This document shows, in pieces, positions 1 to 7,251 of a DNA stretch of 50,298 nucleotides (the stretch's first letter is position 1; each line of letters opens with the position of its first letter). Position numbers and translations under genes: made by a program. The stretch is from positions 1 to 50,298 of the IMG/VR virus record IMGVR_UViG_3300019360_000017; one strand, given 5' to 3'. The stretch comes from a virus. Lineage: Duplodnaviria > Caudoviricetes. The notes beneath the pieces are model-generated. The model saw only the letters and a list, made by a program, of their open reading frames with translations. It was not told where the DNA came from and searched no databases.

Positions 1-96
1 ATACGGGATGCCCTTGTGCTTGTAGATCCCCCACCACGCATGATCACACCGATCGCGTTCGCGGCCCCGATGCTCGCACCGTTTGTAGAGTCCCAT
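1..96 (-). CDS. Probable tyrosine integrase, N-terminal 32 aa only (runs off the window)
   Basis: ATG at 96 with upstream AAGGAG; translates MGLYKRCEHRGRERDRCDHAWWGIYKHKGIPY, an arm-binding-type N-terminus directly downstream of xis. Catalytic domain not visible. Confidence 0.6.
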   Translation of the reverse strand, partial: MGLYKRCEHRGRERDRCDHAWWGIYKHKGIPY

Positions 97-149
97 AACG
101 AAGGTCGCTCCTTGTCACACGTCCGCCCCATTGCGGACGGCCGGGCATT

Positions 150-365
150 CTACACCTGATGTACTGTTTCGCCGCCATGCCTTGCGAGTGGTGCGACGGC
201 ATCCTGTTCGAGCCAGTGATCGATCCATTCCGGCCGCAGACGAATCACCTTGCGCCCGCCGATGCGCGTGTACTGGAGCTGCCGCAGGGCAATGGCGCGG
301 TAGATGGTGGCTTCGCTCACCTTGGCGTAGCTCGCTGCGTCCTCGACGGTCAACCACGTATCCAT
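150..365 (-). CDS. xis: Excisionase-family HTH DNA-binding protein (71 aa)
   Basis: MDTWLTVEDAASYAKVSEATIYRAIALRQLQYTRIGGRKVIRLRPEWIDHWLE fits the HTH_17/excisionase pattern. Confidence 0.85.
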   Translation of the reverse strand: MDTWLTVEDAASYAKVSEATIYRAIALRQLQYTRIGGRKVIRLRPEWIDHWLEQDAVAPLARHGGETVHQV

Positions 366-382
366 CGGGTTTCCTTTCGGAT

Positions 383-652
383 TCAGTTGAGCGTCGCGTC
401 TTGTCGCGCCCGCTCGCGGACGGCATGTGCGCAGCGCATCCACGCACCGATGTCGCGGGCGAAGTCGTCGAGGCTGTACTCGTCATCGGCGAGGTGCGCG
501 TCGTACAGCTCCGTGAGGTACGCCGCGATGGCGAAGAGGGCCGCCTGGATCTCGGCGCCTTCGCACAGCGCGCGCAGCGCCGGCATGAGAATCGTGATCT
601 GCGCGTGCCTCGATCGGTCGCGCACCGGATCTGTGAGAGGAACGTCCGCCAT
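383..652 (-). CDS. Hypothetical phage protein (89 aa)
   Basis: ATG at 652 after GAGG; protein-like composition; co-oriented with neighbours. Confidence 0.6.
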   Translation of the reverse strand: MADVPLTDPVRDRSRHAQITILMPALRALCEGAEIQAALFAIAAYLTELYDAHLADDEYSLDDFARDIGAWMRCAHAVRERARQDATLN

Positions 653-656
653 GTGC

Positions 657-896
657 CTACCTCGTCGAGCCGGGCTCATCGTCCTTCCACGTATGCGCGT
701 CAACAGTCGCCGCGATGAGCGCCGCGAGTCGTTCAAACTCTTCCAGGGTCGTCACACGGAAATGCGCGCCGCGCCGTCGTACGGCGACGTACTGCTGACG
801 CTGTCGATCGTAGAGGGAGTACTGCAGCCGGCCGCGTGTGGGCGCGACGCGGGCAACGATCTCACGCACTCGCGCATCATCATTCTCGTCATTCAT
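657..896 (-). CDS. Hypothetical phage protein (79 aa)
   Basis: ORF abuts the next gene; first gene downstream of the 900-1090 intergenic region. Confidence 0.55.
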   Translation of the reverse strand: MNDENDDARVREIVARVAPTRGRLQYSLYDRQRQQYVAVRRRGAHFRVTTLEEFERLAALIAATVDAHTWKDDEPGSTR

Positions 897-943
897 TAGA
901 ACACCGCCTGAAGTTCGATACTGCGTCAGTCACGACGACAGTG

Positions 944-982
944 TCAACGATGATCAGCATGTTTACGAAAGATTCCTGTCAA
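944..982 (-). promoter_or_regulatory. Candidate leftward promoter/operator region for the xis-int genes
   Basis: Two TTGACA hexamers on the minus strand; TGACAGGAATCTTT (968-981) recurs at 8457-8470; -10 elements weak. Confidence 0.35.
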
Positions 983-1000
983 ACTTTCCCAAGAATGACA

Positions 1001-1092
1001 TGGCTCGCATCGATCTATCTCACATCCCATCACACCACATCCCATCACATCGCCGCACATTGCCGCACCTAACATCACGTCGTCTCACGTCG
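1001..1092. repeat. Degenerate pentanucleotide tandem repeat (consensus ~CACAT), ~18 units
   Basis: tggct cgcat cgatc tatct cacat cccat cacac cacat cccat cacat cgccg cacat tgccg cacct aacat cacgt cgtct cacgt. Confidence 0.8.
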
Positions 1093-1186
1093 GTCGCCTC
1101 AGACGCACGCATGCGTCCACGACAGCCAGCACGCGCCGGCTGCCGCGGAGAGAAGTGGACGGGATCGAGGAGTGTGAGAGCCCCGT

Positions 1187-1582
1187 CTATGCCTGGGGGG
1201 CGTGACGCGCGCGGCGATGCGGACCGGACCGGCTCGCGCGAGCGGAGCGGCGTTCTGACGGTCCGCGTCGCGCGGGCCGGCGTCGGGTCTCGCCAAGCCA
1301 GCGCTCGGCCCCGCCCTTGCCGTAGGCGTCGATGACATGCAGGGCGACGTAGACGGTGAAGTCGCCGACGCCATCGATCGCGCGGAGGTCCGCGGGCGCC
1401 AGCCGTTCGAGTTGCCGGACGTCGGTGATCGCGTGATCGTGGAGCGCTCGGCTCAGGATGCTGGCCGCCCTGAAGAACGGGCAGCCCCATTCCGCGAGCT
1501 GGCGGCGCGTGATCTGGATGGACCCGAGTTGGAGCACCGGGGCCTCGTAGTACGTGCGGATACGACCAGAGCAGGGGAGCAT
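1187..1582 (-). CDS. Helix-hairpin-helix (RNAP alpha-CTD-like) putative DNA-binding protein with Arg-rich tail (131 aa)
   Basis: ITDVRQLERLAPADLRAIDGVGDFTV fits the HhH LxxIxGVG motif. Confidence 0.55.
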   Translation of the reverse strand: MLPCSGRIRTYYEAPVLQLGSIQITRRQLAEWGCPFFRAASILSRALHDHAITDVRQLERLAPADLRAIDGVGDFTVYVALHVIDAYGKGGAERWLGETRRRPARRGPSERRSARASRSGPHRRARHAPQA

Positions 1583-1598
1583 GAGGGCGTTCTCCGGT

Positions 1599-1850
1599 CT
1601 ATCGGGCAGCGGTGGCGTTCGCGCGGGCTCGTCGCCGATAGGCGGCGCGCATGCGCTGGGAGTGGCGTTGCCGGTCTGCCGCGGTCCACGCGCGGCCGTT
1701 GCGCACCGGAACGGCATATGCAGCCGTGCGCAATTGTGGAAAGCGGGCTAGCAGCTCATTGATCTCGGCCTGTTTGGCCGCCAGTTCCAGCGCGGCTCCG
1801 GCCCGTGCCAATTTTCTGTCCGTGTTCGATGGTGTCTCAGTCTTGCCCAC
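1599..1850 (-). CDS. Small basic coiled-coil protein, putative nucleoid/DNA-binding (83 aa)
   Basis: LARAGAALELAAKQAEINELLARFPQL...WTAADRQRHSQRMRAAYRRR; GTG start after GGAGG. Confidence 0.65.
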   Translation of the reverse strand: MGKTETPSNTDRKLARAGAALELAAKQAEINELLARFPQLRTAAYAVPVRNGRAWTAADRQRHSQRMRAAYRRRARANATAAR

Positions 1851-2100
1851 GCGTTGCCTCCGTACGAGACCGTGGCAGGCGCAGCAACGGCCCTATACCA
1901 GAGACGAATTAGCATCTATTTTTTATCGGGTATCAGGAAAAAAATTATGATCCAATCATCGGCGATGCGGACGGACGCATGCTGTGATCTTGTGTTAGAC
2001 GATCGCCGGACGGCTGGAGTTTGGCACTGGCTCGCGAGCTGGCCGGCGGGGCGGAACCGCACGGTTCGTCGCTGGGGATTCCGAAGACGGGGACAGGTAG

Positions 2101-2131
2101 AAAAATAAGGGGCCGCTGGAAGCGGCCCTTT
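2101..2131 (-). terminator. Rho-independent terminator downstream of the methyltransferase operon
   Basis: Minus strand GGGCCGCT-TCC-AGCGGCCC stem-loop followed by CTTATTTTT. Confidence 0.7.
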
Positions 2132-2225
2132 CACGTGCATGCCTAACCCCGCGTGTGCGGCCGTCCAGGCGCGGGTTCGTCTTGATCATCTGACTCCCTC
2201 ATGTCGTTGGGTCGCGTGAGACCGA

Positions 2226-4232
2226 TCATAGCATCGTCGATTCCAGGCAGATCAGCACCGCCCGCACGGACGTGCCCGACGCCGCGAAGGTATCCGCCGG
2301 CAGCTCTTCCCAGGTGCCGCCGCTCTGCTCTACGTAGGGACGTAGCGCGGTCTGCTGGCGCGGGCCGTTGGCGCACAGCGCGACCAGTCGGCCGCCCGGC
2401 TTTAGGAACCTTAGCGCGTGCTGAACATGCGCGATGTCCTGCGCCTTGGCGAATGGCGGATTCATCAAGACGACGTCAAACAGTCCGAGGTCGGCCGGCG
2501 TGCAGGCCAAGAAGTCGCGGCACTGAACAGTGACAGAGTCGGACCGATGCGTGTCACGCAACTGAGACGCCAGCGCGGCATTCATCTCGACCGCGACCAC
2601 GGTCCCGGACCATTCCTGAGCCGACAGCATCGCGTCGATCAGGCGGCCCGTCCCGGCGCTCGGTTCAAGGACACGCTGGCCGCGTGCGAGCTGCGCCAAA
2701 GCGACCATGCGCGCAGCCAGTTCCACAGGCGTCGGAAAGAGCTGCGGCGCGGAGACGATCTGCACGCCGGCCCGAAGCTGCGCGCGCATCCCCTCGAACA
2801 GCTCCCGCTGCTGGCTCGCGACACGCGCGACTGGAGCCGTCAAGGCGAAAGACGCCGGGGCGACTTCCGGCGTCGGCCGCTCGACGTCGCGCACGGCCCC
2901 GGCCTCGGGCAAGCGCGGCTGCGCCTCGCCCGTGTCCAGGTGATCGATCGGGGCCGGGTCGTCGTCGCGTGCAGGCGGTTCGGCTGCCTGTGGTGGTGCG
3001 GGCCGCGGCGGGTCTTTGCGCGGAAGGTCGGACACGAACACGCACTCCCGGCCCGCGAATCCCATGATGCGCGAGCGGACGCGATGTGTGCCTGCTGTCG
3101 CGGTCGCCTCGATCGTGTGGCTCCCCTTGAAATCGCGGTAGATGCGCTCCCACTCGGTCTTGGTCATGGTGACGAACCCGGTGCCGGGGTAGTTGCAGAG
3201 TGGTGGCTTTTTCATCGCGCGCGCTATCGTGGCCGCATCGTCAGCGGTCGGCGGCCGGTAGTCGCGCACTTCCTCGATCCCCGTCGTCCAGATCGGTTGC
3301 CAGCGCACCGTGCGCGGGGCGACGTGCGTCACGCTGCAGATCGCGCCGGCCGACCTGTTGACTCGTACGACGGGCAGCCATTCATCGCGGACGAGCACGC
3401 GCCCGCCCTTCTCGATCGTCCAGCGATCCGCCGCGATGCCGCCGTCCTCGTCCAGCATCGCGCGCTCGTAGAGGAGGCGCAGATCGAGGTGCGCGATCCA
3501 CCGCTCGGCATACTCGCGGATCGCGGGTAGCCGTGCCTCGTCCACCCACGAACCGCCGCGCCCACCACGCGGCCCCACCCACACCATGACCTTACCGTCC
3601 CAGGTCTGCGGGCGCGTCCGAGGATCGGGCGTGTAGCTGGCGACGCAGCGCCGCCGATCGGCCTCCAGCCCCTTGATCCGGCGGTGCCTGACTGCGGGCC
3701 GCTCTTTGTACTGCGCGTGTGCGATTGCGCCGGCTGCGCGCGCGCGCCAGTACTGGGCCGTGTCCCACATCTTCACGGCTCGCTGCATGCCGCTGCGGAT
3801 GCGCTCGGCATCCCGCCGGGCGTGACGTTCAGAGTGATGACCGACCAGGATCGGCTGACCGAGTGGAATGTGGTCGGCAATGGCGGCCACGGCGGCGCGT
3901 GCGGCCTCGGCGTCGTGCAGCCGGTTCGCTTGATACCCGTCGAAGCGCTCGGCGCGCGCCTCGGCCCGCTCCACCAAGCTCGTATCTTCGTCCCCGATCT
4001 CGCCTGCGAGCTCCACCAGCAGATCCTCGCGCTCCGGCGTCCAGGCCGGCGCGACGAAGAGGTCTTGTTTCGGCGCACGGCGGAAACCCGCCGCACGCAC
4101 GCGCGCGTATGTATCGTCGTCGAGGCGCGTCAGGCTGTAGAGACGCAGCTTGTCGTCATCCGGCGAATAGGTCGCGCTCATGGCATACGCGACAAGGTCC
4201 GGGGCCTCCGTGTCGAGCGTGACTGTACTCAT
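2226..4232 (-). CDS. DUF3560-domain protein fused to a C-terminal N6-adenine DNA methyltransferase (668 aa)
   Basis: N-terminal ATYSPDDDKLRLY...IPLGQPILVGHHSERHARRD (DUF3560); C-terminal LFPTP, VLEPSAGTG (motif I) and MNPPF (motif IV). Confidence 0.88.
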   Translation of the reverse strand: MSTVTLDTEAPDLVAYAMSATYSPDDDKLRLYSLTRLDDDTYARVRAAGFRRAPKQDLFVAPAWTPEREDLLVELAGEIGDEDTSLVERAEARAERFDGYQANRLHDAEAARAAVAAIADHIPLGQPILVGHHSERHARRDAERIRSGMQRAVKMWDTAQYWRARAAGAIAHAQYKERPAVRHRRIKGLEADRRRCVASYTPDPRTRPQTWDGKVMVWVGPRGGRGGSWVDEARLPAIREYAERWIAHLDLRLLYERAMLDEDGGIAADRWTIEKGGRVLVRDEWLPVVRVNRSAGAICSVTHVAPRTVRWQPIWTTGIEEVRDYRPPTADDAATIARAMKKPPLCNYPGTGFVTMTKTEWERIYRDFKGSHTIEATATAGTHRVRSRIMGFAGRECVFVSDLPRKDPPRPAPPQAAEPPARDDDPAPIDHLDTGEAQPRLPEAGAVRDVERPTPEVAPASFALTAPVARVASQQRELFEGMRAQLRAGVQIVSAPQLFPTPVELAARMVALAQLARGQRVLEPSAGTGRLIDAMLSAQEWSGTVVAVEMNAALASQLRDTHRSDSVTVQCRDFLACTPADLGLFDVVLMNPPFAKAQDIAHVQHALRFLKPGGRLVALCANGPRQQTALRPYVEQSGGTWEELPADTFAASGTSVRAVLICLESTML

Positions 4233-4309
4233 GAAGTCGTCATCCTTCCGTGGGTGGTTGCGCGGCGCTCGCATCGTCGCGAGCGCCGTTTCACGATCTC
4301 GATCGGGTC

Positions 4310-5059
4310 TCAGGACGCGAGCGCGCGACGTCCCTGCGGGAGTCCGCCGCGTGCGTTGTTGATGGCGATCGAGCGGCCGGCCCGCTGCCCGGCTGCGCGA
4401 GCGCCGTAATCACCTCGGGCACTCCACGCGCGGCCGGCGCGCAGCTTCAGGTGTGTCTTGGTCCAGGTCTCGACCGTCCGCCCGCGCTGTTCAACGCGGG
4501 CCAGTGCTTGATTCATCAGCACCAAGGCAGTGCTGTTGCCGGCCGCTTGCTCGCGCGCGTCGGCGGCGAACTGTTGCCGCATCGCCTGGAGTTTCAAGGT
4601 GATGGCGTCGACAACACCGAGTCGATAGTTGTTGCGCCATGTCCGCCCGCAACCTCGGCCCTCCAGATCACACAATCGTTCCACTTCGCGCGTCAGATAT
4701 TCGTAGAGATAGCGCACGCTGTCCGCGTCACTCGGCCGGCCGACTAGGGCGATGCTGCCGCTCGACAGGTAGATGCGGCAGGCATTCGCACGCGCCACGA
4801 CGTCCGCCAAGCACACGCGCCAGCGCTCCAGGCGCGCAGTGGCACGTTCGAGCGGGGCGCCCTTGCTAGCGAAATCGACGATTGGCTCGTCGGCGGCGGC
4901 GTCAGGTGCATGCGTCTCCAGCGCGAGAAGGGCTGTCTGTAGGTGGTGCTCATCGATCAACCGTTGGGCCTTGGCCGCCGCAAGCGCGGCCTCGTTGGCG
5001 TTCGGCGACTGCGCGAGACGGAGTAGCTTTCGGACCTTGTCGAGCACGTCAAAGGACAT
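4310..5059 (-). CDS. DUF2786-domain protein (249 aa)
   Basis: VLDKVRKLLRLAQSPNANEAALAAAKAQRLI N-terminus is the DUF2786 signature; GAGGAG RBS. Confidence 0.85.
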   Translation of the reverse strand: MSFDVLDKVRKLLRLAQSPNANEAALAAAKAQRLIDEHHLQTALLALETHAPDAAADEPIVDFASKGAPLERATARLERWRVCLADVVARANACRIYLSSGSIALVGRPSDADSVRYLYEYLTREVERLCDLEGRGCGRTWRNNYRLGVVDAITLKLQAMRQQFAADAREQAAGNSTALVLMNQALARVEQRGRTVETWTKTHLKLRAGRAWSARGDYGARAAGQRAGRSIAINNARGGLPQGRRALAS

Positions 5060-5150
5060 TCAAGACTCCTCGGTTAGTTGGTCACTGTTCCTGATGGCAC
5101 GCGCAGCGGCAGCGCGAAAGCGCGGCAGATTGTGCGCGTGCGATGTCGGG

Positions 5151-5522
5151 CTATTCGTGCGTGCGCTGGCGCTTGAGCGTCAACGTGCTTGTTTCCACGA
5201 ACTGGTGCGTCAGGAAGAACCGTCCATGTGCAGCGACAAACGGCCTCGGCGAATCGAGCTTGACGAGCACGCGCGCCCGTTCGCCCACGACGTAGTGGCT
5301 GATCTGGCCCTTGTCGCCCGTCCACAGTTCGACGCGGCTACCGAGTGGCCATTGGATCGCGCCCTCTCCGCGCGTGTTGAGCCACTCCAGCGCCGTGGCG
5401 CGCGCCTTCAGCACGAGGGGATCGCGGTCGGTGGCGTCGTTCAGTAGGGCGATCAGATCGATGAGTTCGCGTCGCCCGATGATGTACGGATCGGCGTCGG
5501 TGTTCCGTTCGGGTCTACCCAT
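5151..5522 (-). CDS. Hypothetical phage protein (123 aa)
   Basis: Start overlaps upstream gene end; GAGGA RBS; protein-like composition. Confidence 0.55.
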   Translation of the reverse strand: MGRPERNTDADPYIIGRRELIDLIALLNDATDRDPLVLKARATALEWLNTRGEGAIQWPLGSRVELWTGDKGQISHYVVGERARVLVKLDSPRPFVAAHGRFFLTHQFVETSTLTLKRQRTHE

Positions 5523-5748
5523 GTTCGCTTTCCTCATCTTCATCAAAATGGCGGACCGGCAGGCCGATCCATTGGGCGACGGCTTGCCGCACGTCAAACA
5601 GCGTGTTGTGTTCTGCGTCGTTGGAGCCACTCGACAGCGCGTCGTCCATCTCGACGATCAGGTCTCGGATCTCGGCCCGGCGGATGACGACGTCGTCCTC
5701 ACCCGCGCCGTTCAAGCCCTCCGGCGGCCATAGTTCCCGGTCAAGCAT
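5515..5748 (-). CDS. Acidic hypothetical protein (77 aa)
   Basis: AGGAGG RBS; very D/E rich. Confidence 0.65.
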   Translation of the reverse strand: MLDRELWPPEGLNGAGEDDVVIRRAEIRDLIVEMDDALSSGSNDAEHNTLFDVRQAVAQWIGLPVRHFDEDEESEHG

Positions 5749-5978
5749 GAGTCCTCCTGGTCGTCCTTCCTGATACCGTCCGCCGCGAAGATCGTCCCGG
5801 CGTACGACAGGTCGTGACGTCGGCTGTCCAGGACGACGGAGACCGCATCCACCTCACGGAAGTCCGGCGGACGCAGGCGCACGTAAGCAACGCGCCCTGC
5901 GCCGAGAGGCGTGCGTACGCGCGCACCTTGCGGAAGGTCGGCCGCCGTGTATGTCCGGGCTGGTAGCTCGTTCTGCAT
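5712..5978 (-). CDS. Hypothetical protein, small beta-barrel-like (88 aa)
   Basis: LPQGARVRTPLGAGRVAYVR...; start adjacent to upstream stop. Confidence 0.55.
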   Translation of the reverse strand: MQNELPARTYTAADLPQGARVRTPLGAGRVAYVRLRPPDFREVDAVSVVLDSRRHDLSYAGTIFAADGIRKDDQEDSCLTGNYGRRRA

Positions 5979-5980
5979 GG

Positions 5981-6112
5981 CTATCGCCCGCACCGGAGCA
6001 TCCGCCCCAGGAGATCCCACACGGACGGGCGCGGTGTTTCACGCGTGCGCAGCCGTGCGGCGCGGGCTTCCTGCTCGATGCGGCGGAAAACGTGACGCGT
6101 GTCGTTGTGCAT
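5981..6112 (-). CDS. Small hypothetical protein (43 aa; below ORF-track cutoff)
   Basis: AGGAGG RBS; MHNDTRHVFRRIEQEARAARLRTRETPRPSVWDLLGRMLRCGR; fills the operon gap. Confidence 0.45.
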   Translation of the reverse strand: MHNDTRHVFRRIEQEARAARLRTRETPRPSVWDLLGRMLRCGR

Positions 6113-6172
6113 CAATGCCTCCTATTGGTGTGAGGAAGGGCGCGCGTACGGTGCGTGCTTATGATGTCTGCG

Positions 6173-6601
6173 CTACTTCGCACCGCTCGTCGCGATGAAG
6201 TGGTCGATCCGGTCGGCCGTAATCTGCGCGCGGCCCGCCGGCCAACGGCGATAGCGGTCGGCGTAGGTTCTCGGCCAGCCGTCCAGCGGGAAAAGCCGCC
6301 CGGCCATCTCCTCGGTGATGCCGAGTACATCTCGGCACGCGCCCCACTCGTCTCTGACCCTCCCTCCATCCAGGGTCACAAGCCCGTACGGCCCTGGCCG
6401 ATACTGACCGCTGAGAATGGCGGCCCATGCGCCGATACACGCGCACCATCCGCCGCTCGCGCTACCCTCCCGTACCCATAGGGTCATGTCGATCCGGCGC
6501 CGATCGTCCGTGATGTGGCTCTTCACGTATCGGAGAAGTCCGACGTTCATTTGAGGCGGCGCGGCCGCAGGGATGGGCGTCGTTGTCTGTTCGTTCGTCA
6601 T
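6173..6601 (-). CDS. Hypothetical phage protein (142 aa)
   Basis: GGGAG RBS; contains CACIGAWAAIL...LGIT...LF pattern of the kind seen in phage early proteins. Confidence 0.65.
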   Translation of the reverse strand: MTNEQTTTPIPAAAPPQMNVGLLRYVKSHITDDRRRIDMTLWVREGSASGGWCACIGAWAAILSGQYRPGPYGLVTLDGGRVRDEWGACRDVLGITEEMAGRLFPLDGWPRTYADRYRRWPAGRAQITADRIDHFIATSGAK

Positions 6602-6656
6602 CGTCGTTTCTCCCTCGGTGATGAAGCGCGCAGCGCTGGCCGCGCACCTGTTCGTC

Positions 6657-6806
6657 CTACGCTTCGACGGACGCCGCGCGGACCGCACGCACGGCCCTGT
6701 CACGCGGCACATCGCAGACCGCGCTGAGGACATCAACGGCCGCGCGCGCGTCGGGCTCCTGGTCGAGAAGGTCTCGCGCGATGAAAACCAGATAGGCGTA
6801 GCTCAT
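6657..6806 (-). CDS. Small hypothetical protein (49 aa)
   Basis: GGAGG RBS; MSYAYLVFIARDLLDQEPDARAAVDVLSAVCDVPRDRAVRAVRAASVEA. Confidence 0.5.
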   Translation of the reverse strand: MSYAYLVFIARDLLDQEPDARAAVDVLSAVCDVPRDRAVRAVRAASVEA

Positions 6807-6865
6807 GACGGGGTGTCCTCCGGTGTGATGAGGCGCGCAGCGTCGACCGCGCGCCCCGGTTAGGT

Positions 6866-7063
6866 CTACGCCGCGAACAGACGGCGCGCATGCTGCCGCG
6901 CGCGCTGCGCCTGTTCCATGTAGAGGCTTCGCAACGTCTCCAGCCCTCGGGCGCGCATCGACTGTTCGCAGTGGTCGTAGGCGAGCGCCGCCGTACGAAG
7001 CATCTCCGCGATCTCGTCGCGCTCGTCAGTCGTGACCGCGATGAATGTGTAGTCGTTCGTCAT
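6866..7063 (-). CDS. Hypothetical helical protein (65 aa)
   Basis: GGAGG RBS; ORF track. Confidence 0.6.
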   Translation of the reverse strand: MTNDYTFIAVTTDERDEIAEMLRTAALAYDHCEQSMRARGLETLRSLYMEQAQRARQHARRLFAA

Positions 7064-7098
7064 GGCTGTCGTCCTCCGTCAGATGGGGCGGTGATTGC

Positions 7099-7251
7099 CT
7101 ACCACGAGCCTTCATCGCGGCCTTGCACGACACGCATCAAACGCACCGTGCATTCGTATGCGGCGTCTTCAAGGCCGCCGCGGATGTAGCGCTTGATGAG
7201 GCCGACGAGATTGGCTGCGCGATTGTCTTGAATCTGCTGAGCGGTCCACAT
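7099..7251 (-). CDS. Small hypothetical protein (50 aa), first gene of the leftward array
   Basis: AGGAGAGG RBS; MWTAQQIQDNRAANLVGLIKRYIRGGLEDAAYECTVRLMRVVQGRDEGSW. Confidence 0.55.
   Translation of the reverse strand: MWTAQQIQDNRAANLVGLIKRYIRGGLEDAAYECTVRLMRVVQGRDEGSW

Noticed and set aside
1995-2189. 64-aa ORF with good RBS after the methyltransferase
   Set aside because: Runs through the terminator hairpin and has no recognisable features; not supportable
2226-4232. Restriction-modification system
   Set aside because: No cognate endonuclease nearby; DUF3560-MTase fusions are orphan enzymes of mobile elements
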